Positions 7,932-16,517 of a stretch of DNA of 32,000 nucleotides are shown piece after piece. Made by a program: the position numbers and the translations under genes. The notes beneath the pieces are model-generated. The model did not search any database, was not told where the DNA came from, and worked only from the letters and a program-made list of their open reading frames with translations. Numbering within the stretch: position 1 is the stretch's first letter; each line of letters opens with the position of its first letter. The stretch is from Mycobacterium tuberculosis H37Rv (lineage in GTDB: Bacteria > Actinomycetota > Actinomycetes > Mycobacteriales > Mycobacteriaceae), in assembly GCF_000195955.2 (NCBI RefSeq), contig NC_000962.3:4230001-4262000 (forward strand), given 5' to 3'.

Positions 7932-9863
7932 ATGCCGAGCAGACGCAAAAGCCCCCAATTCGGGCACGAAATGGGGGCTTTTACGTCTGCTCGCGCCCGG
8001 GAGGTGCTGGTCGCTCTTGGCCAGCTGGCAGCGGCGGTGGTAGTGGCCGTCGGTGTCGCGGTGGTGTCCCTGCTCGCCATTGCGCGGGTGGAGTGGCCCG
8101 CCTTCCCGTCGTCCAACCAGCTGCATGCGCTGACCACCGTCGGCCAGGTCGGCTGCCTGGCCGGGCTGGTCGGCATCGGCTGGTTGTGGCGGCACGGTCG
8201 ATTCCGGCGACTGGCCCGGCTGGGCGGGCTGGTTTTGGTATCCGCGTTTACCGTCGTGACGCTGGGCATGCCGCTGGGCGCCACCAAGCTGTATCTGTTC
8301 GGCATCTCTGTCGACCAGCAGTTCCGCACCGAATACCTCACCCGGCTCACCGACACCGCCGCCCTGCGCGACATGACCTACATCGGACTGCCACCGTTTT
8401 ACCCACCGGGCTGGTTCTGGATCGGCGGACGCGCGGCGGCGCTGACCGGGACGCCGGCCTGGGAGATGTTCAAGCCGTGGGCGATCACCTCGATGGCCAT
8501 TGCGGTGGCCGTCGCGCTGGTGCTGTGGTGGCGGATGATCCGCTTCGAATACGCCTTGCTGGTCACCGTCGCCACAGCGGCGGTGATGCTGGCCTACAGC
8601 TCGCCGGAGCCCTACGCCGCGATGATCACGGTGTTGTTGCCGCCGATGCTCGTACTGACCTGGTCGGGCCTGGGCGCGCGCGACCGTCAGGGCTGGGCCG
8701 CGGTGGTCGGTGCCGGCGTCTTCCTGGGCTTCGCGGCCACCTGGTACACCCTGTTGGTCGCCTACGGCGCGTTCACGGTGGTGCTGATGGCGCTGCTGCT
8801 GGCCGGGTCGCGGCTGCAATCCGGAATCAAGGCGGCGGTAGACCCGCTGTGCCGGCTTGCCGTCGTCGGCGCGATCGCGGCCGCCATCGGATCCACCACC
8901 TGGCTGCCCTACCTGCTGCGGGCGGCCCGCGACCCGGTCAGCGACACCGGCAGCGCCCAGCACTACCTACCCGCAGACGGCGCCGCACTGACCTTCCCCA
9001 TGCTGCAGTTCTCCCTGCTGGGCGCGATCTGTCTGCTGGGCACGCTGTGGCTGGTGATGCGCGCGCGATCATCGGCGCCAGCCGGCGCCCTGGCCATCGG
9101 CGTGCTGGCCGTCTACCTGTGGTCCCTGCTGTCGATGCTGGCCACATTGGCGCGCACCACACTGCTGTCGTTTCGCCTGCAGCCGACGCTGAGCGTGCTG
9201 CTGGTGGCGGCCGGTGCGTTCGGCTTCGTCGAAGCGGTCCAAGCCCTTGGCAAACGGGGTCGCGGTGTCATTCCGATGGCCGCCGCCATCGGGTTGGCCG
9301 GCGCGATCGCGTTCAGCCAGGACATCCCCGACGTGTTGCGGCCGGACCTGACCATCGCCTACACCGACACCGACGGCTACGGCCAGCGCGGCGACCGGCG
9401 ACCGCCCGGCTCCGAGAAGTACTACCCAGCCATCGATGCCGCCATCCGGCGCGTCACCGGCAAGCGCCGCGATCGGACCGTCGTGTTGACCGCCGACTAC
9501 AGCTTCCTGTCGTACTACCCCTACTGGGGCTTTCAGGGGTTGACGCCGCACTACGCCAACCCGCTGGCACAGTTCGACAAGCGCGCCACACAGATCGACA
9601 GCTGGTCGGGACTCTCCACCGCCGACGAGTTCATCGCCGCGCTGGACAAGCTGCCCTGGCAGCCGCCGACCGTCTTCCTCATGCGCCACGGCGCACATAA
9701 CAGCTACACCCTGCGGCTGGCCCAGGACGTCTACCCCAACCAGCCCAATGTTCGCCGCTACACGGTGGACCTACGGACCGCCCTCTTCGCCGACCCGCGT
9801 TTCGTCGTCGAGGACATTGGCCCGTTCGTGCTGGCCATCCGCAAGCCGCAGGAGAGCGCGTGA
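7932..9863 (+). CDS. aftA: Arabinofuranosyltransferase AftA (GT-C, primes arabinan on galactan), Rv3792
   Basis: 643 aa from ATG 7932, which is 2 nt after the dprE2 TGA. Polytopic membrane N-part with a soluble C-part. The gene context (dprE2-aftA-embC) and the sequence are both recognised. The exact start is uncertain because codons 2-21 are encoded by a palindromic repeat. The TGA overlaps the embC ATG (TGATG). Confidence 0.85.
7936..7993. repeat. Palindromic hairpin element, copy 1 (TRIT-like mycobacterial repeat)
   Basis: Arms are CGAGCAGACGCAAAAGCCCCCA (7936-7957) and TGGGGGCTTTTACGTCTGCTCG (7972-7993). They are complementary except for one C/A mismatch (7946 vs 7983). An apical mini-stem ATTCG/CGAA(A)T follows, with loop GGCA. 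No downstream T-tract. Confidence 0.85.
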
Positions 9864-12800
9864 TGGCTACCGAAGCCGCCCCACCCCGTATCGCCGTCCG
9901 GCTACCATCTACCTCCGTGCGCGACGCGGGAGCAAACTACCGGATCGCCCGGTACGTCGCTGTGGTGGCGGGTCTGCTAGGCGCTGTGCTGGCCATCGCC
10001 ACCCCACTGCTGCCGGTCAACCAGACCACCGCGCAATTGAACTGGCCCCAAAACGGCACGTTCGCCAGTGTCGAGGCACCGCTGATTGGCTACGTGGCCA
10101 CCGACTTGAACATCACCGTCCCCTGCCAGGCCGCCGCCGGACTGGCCGGATCGCAGAACACCGGCAAGACGGTGTTGTTGTCAACGGTGCCCAAGCAGGC
10201 GCCTAAGGCCGTCGATCGCGGGCTGCTGCTGCAACGGGCCAACGACGACCTGGTGCTTGTGGTGCGTAATGTCCCGTTGGTCACCGCCCCGCTGAGTCAG
10301 GTGCTCGGCCCGACCTGTCAGCGGTTGACATTCACCGCGCACGCCGATCGGGTCGCCGCCGAATTCGTCGGACTGGTGCAGGGACCCAATGCTGAGCACC
10401 CCGGTGCACCGCTGCGCGGTGAGCGCAGCGGCTACGACTTCCGCCCGCAGATCGTCGGGGTGTTCACCGACCTGGCCGGGCCGGCGCCACCGGGTCTGAG
10501 CTTCTCGGCGAGCGTGGATACCCGCTACAGCAGCAGCCCCACGCCGCTGAAGATGGCCGCCATGATCCTCGGGGTAGCGCTCACCGGCGCCGCCCTGGTG
10601 GCGCTGCACATCCTGGACACCGCCGACGGCATGCGGCACCGGCGGTTCCTGCCCGCGCGCTGGTGGTCGACCGGCGGTCTGGACACCCTGGTTATCGCCG
10701 TGCTGGTGTGGTGGCATTTCGTCGGGGCCAACACCTCCGACGACGGCTACATCCTGACCATGGCCCGGGTGTCCGAGCATGCGGGCTATATGGCCAACTA
10801 CTACCGCTGGTTCGGCACACCCGAGGCGCCTTTCGGCTGGTACTACGACCTGCTGGCGCTGTGGGCTCATGTCAGCACGGCCAGTATCTGGATGCGCCTA
10901 CCCACCCTGGCGATGGCGCTCACCTGCTGGTGGGTAATCAGCCGTGAGGTCATTCCCCGGCTGGGGCACGCCGTCAAGACGAGCCGGGCAGCGGCGTGGA
11001 CGGCGGCGGGCATGTTTCTGGCTGTCTGGCTGCCGCTGGACAACGGCCTTCGGCCCGAGCCGATCATCGCCCTGGGCATCCTGCTGACCTGGTGCTCGGT
11101 GGAGCGGGCGGTGGCCACCAGCCGGCTGCTGCCGGTGGCAATCGCCTGCATCATCGGTGCCTTGACCCTGTTCTCCGGGCCGACGGGCATCGCCTCGATC
11201 GGTGCGCTGCTGGTCGCGATCGGGCCGCTACGGACCATCCTGCACCGGCGTTCCAGGCGGTTCGGCGTGCTACCACTGGTGGCGCCGATCCTGGCCGCGG
11301 CCACCGTCACCGCGATCCCGATCTTTCGTGATCAGACCTTCGCGGGCGAGATCCAGGCCAACCTCCTCAAGCGTGCCGTAGGGCCCAGCCTGAAGTGGTT
11401 CGACGAACACATCCGCTACGAGCGGCTGTTCATGGCCAGCCCCGACGGCTCGATCGCCCGCCGCTTCGCCGTGCTGGCCTTGGTGCTGGCGCTCGCGGTA
11501 TCGGTGGCAATGTCGTTACGTAAGGGCCGCATTCCAGGTACCGCTGCTGGACCGAGCCGCCGCATCATCGGCATCACGATCATTTCCTTCCTCGCGATGA
11601 TGTTCACCCCGACAAAGTGGACCCATCACTTCGGGGTGTTCGCGGGGTTGGCCGGGTCGCTGGGGGCGCTTGCCGCGGTCGCGGTGACGGGCGCTGCGAT
11701 GCGCTCGCGGCGGAACCGGACCGTGTTCGCCGCCGTGGTGGTCTTCGTGTTGGCCCTGTCGTTCGCCAGTGTCAACGGCTGGTGGTACGTGTCCAACTTC
11801 GGTGTGCCATGGTCGAACTCGTTTCCGAAGTGGCGATGGTCGCTTACCACCGCACTCCTCGAGCTGACGGTGCTGGTGCTGCTGCTAGCGGCATGGTTCC
11901 ACTTCGTCGCCAACGGTGACGGGCGCCGAACAGCCAGGCCAACCCGGTTTAGGGCACGACTAGCCGGAATTGTCCAGTCCCCGTTGGCAATTGCCACGTG
12001 GTTGCTGGTGCTTTTCGAGGTGGTATCGCTGACCCAGGCGATGATTTCCCAGTACCCGGCGTGGTCGGTTGGCCGGTCTAACCTACAGGCTTTGGCCGGC
12101 AAGACCTGCGGGCTGGCCGAAGACGTGCTGGTGGAGCTGGATCCCAACGCAGGCATGCTGGCGCCGGTGACCGCGCCGTTGGCCGACGCCCTGGGAGCCG
12201 GCCTGTCTGAAGCCTTCACACCCAACGGCATTCCCGCCGACGTCACCGCCGACCCGGTGATGGAACGTCCAGGGGATCGCAGTTTCCTCAACGACGACGG
12301 GCTGATCACCGGCAGCGAACCCGGCACCGAAGGGGGCACCACGGCCGCACCGGGAATCAACGGCTCCCGCGCCCGGCTGCCCTACAACCTGGACCCGGCC
12401 CGTACACCGGTGCTGGGCAGCTGGCGAGCCGGCGTGCAGGTGCCCGCCATGCTGCGGTCGGGCTGGTACCGGCTGCCCACCAACGAGCAGCGGGACAGGG
12501 CGCCGCTGCTGGTGGTGACGGCGGCCGGGCGATTCGACTCCCGCGAGGTCCGGTTGCAGTGGGCCACCGACGAGCAAGCGGCCGCCGGACACCACGGTGG
12601 GTCGATGGAATTCGCCGACGTCGGTGCCGCGCCGGCCTGGCGCAACCTGCGCGCACCACTGTCCGCCATCCCGAGCACCGCCACCCAGGTCCGGTTGGTC
12701 GCCGACGACCAGGATCTGGCGCCGCAGCACTGGATCGCCCTCACACCACCGCGGATTCCGCGGGTGCGCACGCTGCAGAACGTGGTGGGCGCAGCGGATC

Positions 12801-13147
12801 CGGTGTTCCTGGACTGGCTGGTGGGGCTGGCATTCCCCTGCCAACGCCCGTTCGGCCACCAATACGGCGTCGACGAGACACCCAAGTGGCGGATCCTGCC
12901 GGACCGGTTCGGCGCCGAAGCCAACTCACCGGTGATGGATCACAATGGCGGTGGCCCGCTGGGCATCACCGAGCTGCTGATGCGCGCAACCACGGTGGCC
13001 AGCTACCTCAAAGACGACTGGTTTAGGGACTGGGGCGCGTTACAGCGGTTGACGCCTTACTACCCCGACGCCCAGCCCGCTGATCTGAACCTAGGAACGG
13101 TGACTCGCAGCGGGCTGTGGAGTCCGGCGCCGTTGCGCCGCGGCTAG
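9863..13147 (+). CDS. embC: Arabinosyltransferase EmbC (GT-C; lipoarabinomannan arabinan), Rv3793
   Basis: 1094 aa from ATG 9863 ([12 protein letters not shown]...). Contains [10 protein letters not shown] and the GT-C aspartate pair in TSDDGYILTMARV. Has multiple TM segments and a C-terminal periplasmic domain. Paralogous along its whole length to the two downstream genes. Confidence 0.97.
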   Translation: MATEAAPPRIAVRLPSTSVRDAGANYRIARYVAVVAGLLGAVLAIATPLLPVNQTTAQLNWPQNGTFASVEAPLIGYVATDLNITVPCQAAAGLAGSQNTGKTVLLSTVPKQAPKAVDRGLLLQRANDDLVLVVRNVPLVTAPLSQVLGPTCQRLTFTAHADRVAAEFVGLVQGPNAEHPGAPLRGERSGYDFRPQIVGVFTDLAGPAPPGLSFSASVDTRYSSSPTPLKMAAMILGVALTGAALVALHILDTADGMRHRRFLPARWWSTGGLDTLVIAVLVWWHFVGANTSDDGYILTMARVSEHAGYMANYYRWFGTPEAPFGWYYDLLALWAHVSTASIWMRLPTLAMALTCWWVISREVIPRLGHAVKTSRAAAWTAAGMFLAVWLPLDNGLRPEPIIALGILLTWCSVERAVATSRLLPVAIACIIGALTLFSGPTGIASIGALLVAIGPLRTILHRRSRRFGVLPLVAPILAAATVTAIPIFRDQTFAGEIQANLLKRAVGPSLKWFDEHIRYERLFMASPDGSIARRFAVLALVLALAVSVAMSLRKGRIPGTAAGPSRRIIGITIISFLAMMFTPTKWTHHFGVFAGLAGSLGALAAVAVTGAAMRSRRNRTVFAAVVVFVLALSFASVNGWWYVSNFGVPWSNSFPKWRWSLTTALLELTVLVLLLAAWFHFVANGDGRRTARPTRFRARLAGIVQSPLAIATWLLVLFEVVSLTQAMISQYPAWSVGRSNLQALAGKTCGLAEDVLVELDPNAGMLAPVTAPLADALGAGLSEAFTPNGIPADVTADPVMERPGDRSFLNDDGLITGSEPGTEGGTTAAPGINGSRARLPYNLDPARTPVLGSWRAGVQVPAMLRSGWYRLPTNEQRDRAPLLVVTAAGRFDSREVRLQWATDEQAAAGHHGGSMEFADVGAAPAWRNLRAPLSAIPSTATQVRLVADDQDLAPQHWIALTPPRIPRVRTLQNVVGAADPVFLDWLVGLAFPCQRPFGHQYGVDETPKWRILPDRFGAEANSPVMDHNGGGPLGITELLMRATTVASYLKDDWFRDWGALQRLTPYYPDAQPADLNLGTVTRSGLWSPAPLRRG

Positions 13148-13218
13148 AAGTGCCGTGGCCACCGACTCGGCGACAACCTCCGCGGCCCCGCATCCTCACC
13201 GCCCTTAACCGCGTCGCC

Positions 13219-13224
13219 TACCAT
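13219..13224 (+). promoter_or_regulatory. Candidate -10 hexamer (TACCAT, fits TANNNT) of the embA-embB promoter
   Basis: This is the only TANNNT in the last ~40 nt of the 85-bp embC-embA spacer. It occupies -14..-9 relative to GTG 13233, so a transcript would start within about 2 nt of the start codon. Positions -12 and -11 fall inside it. Confidence 0.5.
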
Positions 13225-13232
13225 CGAGCCTC

Positions 13233-16200
13233 GTGCCCCACGACGGTAATGAGCGATCTCACCGGATCGCACGCCTAGCAGCCGTCGTCTCGGGAATCGC
13301 GGGTCTGCTGCTGTGCGGCATCGTTCCGCTGCTTCCGGTGAACCAAACCACCGCGACCATCTTCTGGCCGCAGGGCAGCACCGCCGACGGCAACATCACC
13401 CAGATCACCGCCCCTCTGGTATCCGGGGCGCCACGCGCGCTGGACATCTCGATCCCCTGCTCGGCCATCGCCACGCTGCCCGCCAACGGCGGCCTGGTGC
13501 TGTCCACACTGCCGGCCGGTGGCGTGGATACCGGTAAGGCCGGGCTGTTCGTCCGCGCCAACCAGGACACGGTCGTCGTGGCGTTCCGCGACTCGGTGGC
13601 CGCGGTGGCGGCCCGCTCCACGATCGCAGCGGGAGGCTGTAGCGCGCTGCATATCTGGGCCGATACCGGCGGCGCGGGCGCTGATTTTATGGGTATACCC
13701 GGCGGCGCCGGGACCCTGCCGCCGGAGAAGAAGCCACAGGTTGGCGGCATCTTCACCGACCTGAAGGTCGGAGCGCAGCCCGGGCTGTCGGCCCGCGTCG
13801 ACATCGACACTCGGTTTATCACGACGCCCGGCGCGCTCAAGAAGGCCGTGATGCTCCTCGGCGTGCTGGCGGTCCTGGTAGCCATGGTGGGGCTGGCCGC
13901 GCTGGACCGGCTCAGCAGGGGCCGCACCCTGCGCGACTGGCTGACCCGATATCGCCCGCGGGTGCGGGTCGGATTCGCCAGCCGGCTCGCTGACGCAGCG
14001 GTGATCGCGACCTTGTTGCTCTGGCATGTCATCGGCGCCACCTCGTCCGATGACGGCTACCTTCTGACCGTCGCCCGGGTCGCCCCGAAGGCCGGCTATG
14101 TAGCCAACTACTACCGGTATTTCGGCACGACGGAGGCGCCGTTCGACTGGTATACATCGGTGCTTGCCCAGCTGGCGGCGGTGAGCACCGCCGGCGTCTG
14201 GATGCGCCTGCCCGCCACCCTGGCCGGAATCGCCTGCTGGCTGATCGTCAGCCGTTTCGTGCTGCGGCGGCTGGGACCGGGCCCGGGCGGGCTGGCGTCC
14301 AACCGGGTCGCTGTGTTCACCGCTGGTGCGGTGTTCCTGTCCGCCTGGCTGCCGTTCAACAACGGCCTGCGTCCCGAGCCGCTGATCGCGCTGGGTGTGC
14401 TGGTCACGTGGGTGTTGGTGGAACGGTCGATCGCGCTCGGACGGCTGGCCCCGGCCGCGGTAGCCATCATCGTGGCGACGCTTACCGCGACGCTGGCACC
14501 GCAGGGGTTGATCGCGCTGGCCCCGCTGCTGACTGGTGCGCGCGCCATCGCCCAGAGGATCCGGCGCCGCCGGGCGACCGATGGACTGCTGGCGCCGCTG
14601 GCGGTGCTGGCCGCGGCGTTGTCGCTGATCACCGTGGTGGTGTTTCGGGACCAGACGCTGGCCACGGTGGCCGAATCGGCACGCATCAAGTACAAGGTCG
14701 GCCCGACCATCGCCTGGTACCAGGACTTCCTGCGCTACTACTTCCTTACCGTGGAGAGCAACGTTGAGGGGTCGATGTCCCGCCGGTTCGCGGTGCTGGT
14801 GTTGCTGTTCTGCCTGTTCGGGGTGCTGTTCGTGCTGCTGCGGCGCGGCCGGGTGGCGGGGCTGGCCAGCGGCCCGGCCTGGCGACTGATCGGCACTACG
14901 GCGGTCGGCCTGCTGCTGCTCACGTTCACGCCAACCAAGTGGGCCGTGCAGTTCGGCGCATTCGCCGGGCTGGCCGGGGTGTTGGGTGCGGTCACCGCGT
15001 TCACCTTTGCCCGCATCGGTCTACATAGTCGACGCAACCTCACGCTGTACGTGACCGCGTTGCTGTTCGTGCTGGCGTGGGCAACCTCGGGCATCAACGG
15101 GTGGTTCTACGTCGGCAACTACGGGGTGCCGTGGTATGACATCCAGCCCGTCATCGCCAGCCACCCGGTGACGTCGATGTTTCTGACGCTGTCGATCCTC
15201 ACCGGATTGCTGGCAGCCTGGTATCACTTCCGGATGGACTACGCCGGGCACACCGAAGTCAAAGACAACCGGCGCAACCGCATCTTGGCCTCTACGCCAC
15301 TGCTGGTGGTCGCGGTGATCATGGTCGCAGGCGAAGTCGGCTCGATGGCCAAGGCCGCGGTGTTCCGTTACCCGCTTTACACCACCGCCAAGGCCAACCT
15401 GACCGCGCTCAGCACCGGGCTGTCCAGCTGTGCGATGGCCGACGACGTGCTGGCCGAGCCCGACCCCAATGCCGGCATGCTGCAACCGGTTCCGGGCCAG
15501 GCGTTCGGACCGGACGGACCGCTGGGCGGTATCAGTCCCGTCGGCTTCAAACCCGAGGGCGTGGGCGAGGACCTCAAGTCCGACCCGGTGGTCTCCAAAC
15601 CCGGGCTGGTCAACTCCGATGCGTCGCCCAACAAACCCAACGCCGCCATCACCGACTCCGCGGGCACCGCCGGAGGGAAGGGCCCGGTCGGGATCAACGG
15701 GTCGCACGCGGCGCTGCCGTTCGGATTGGACCCGGCACGTACCCCGGTGATGGGCAGCTACGGGGAGAACAACCTGGCCGCCACGGCCACCTCGGCCTGG
15801 TACCAGTTACCGCCCCGCAGCCCGGACCGGCCGCTGGTGGTGGTTTCCGCGGCCGGCGCCATCTGGTCCTACAAGGAGGACGGCGATTTCATCTACGGCC
15901 AGTCCCTGAAACTGCAGTGGGGCGTCACCGGCCCGGACGGCCGCATCCAGCCACTGGGGCAGGTATTTCCGATCGACATCGGACCGCAACCCGCGTGGCG
16001 CAATCTGCGGTTTCCGCTGGCCTGGGCGCCGCCGGAGGCCGACGTGGCGCGCATTGTCGCCTATGACCCGAACCTGAGCCCTGAGCAATGGTTCGCCTTC
16101 ACCCCGCCCCGGGTTCCGGTGCTGGAATCTCTGCAGCGGTTGATCGGGTCAGCGACACCGGTGTTGATGGACATCGCGACCGCAGCCAACTTCCCCTGCC

Positions 16201-16517
16201 AGCGACCGTTTTCCGAGCATCTCGGCATTGCCGAGCTTCCGCAGTACCGGATCCTGCCGGACCACAAGCAGACGGCGGCGTCGTCGAACCTATGGCAGTC
16301 CAGCTCGACCGGCGGTCCGTTCCTGTTCACCCAGGCGCTGCTGCGCACCTCGACGATCGCCACGTACCTGCGTGGGGACTGGTATCGCGACTGGGGATCG
16401 GTGGAGCAGTACCACCGGCTGGTGCCGGCCGATCAGGCTCCAGACGCCGTTGTCGAGGAGGGCGTGATCACTGTGCCCGGCTGGGGTCGGCCAGGACCGA
16501 TCAGGGCGCTGCCATGA
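13233..16517 (+). CDS. embA: Arabinosyltransferase EmbA (GT-C; arabinogalactan), Rv3794
   Basis: 1094 aa from GTG 13233 ([15 protein letters not shown]...). Contains [10 protein letters not shown] and [14 protein letters not shown]. The stop TGA at 16515-16517 overlaps the embB ATG (ATGA). Confidence 0.97.

Noticed and set aside
7936-7993. Whether the palindromic elements are MIRU/VNTR units, CRISPR repeats or tRNA-like genes
   Set aside because: They occur as single dispersed copies, not tandem arrays, so they are not MIRU-VNTR. There are no spacer-repeat periodicity or cas genes, so they are not CRISPR. A simple long hairpin without a cloverleaf is not a tRNA. They fit best as a dispersed hairpin repeat of the TRIT type.
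7890-9700. Long alternative-frame and antisense ORFs over aftA (8093..9700 plus strand, 535 aa; 7890..8963 minus strand, 357 aa; 9069..9698 minus strand)
   Set aside because: The translations are Arg/Pro/Gly/His-rich nonsense typical of off-frame GC-rich DNA. The aftA frame gives a coherent polytopic membrane protein.
16088-16513. Upstream 142-codon extension of the embB ORF (the track gives 1240 aa)
   Set aside because: The extension lies entirely within the embA coding sequence in another frame and has off-frame composition. The recognised EmbB N-terminus (MTQCASRRK...) starts at 16514, overlapping the embA stop.
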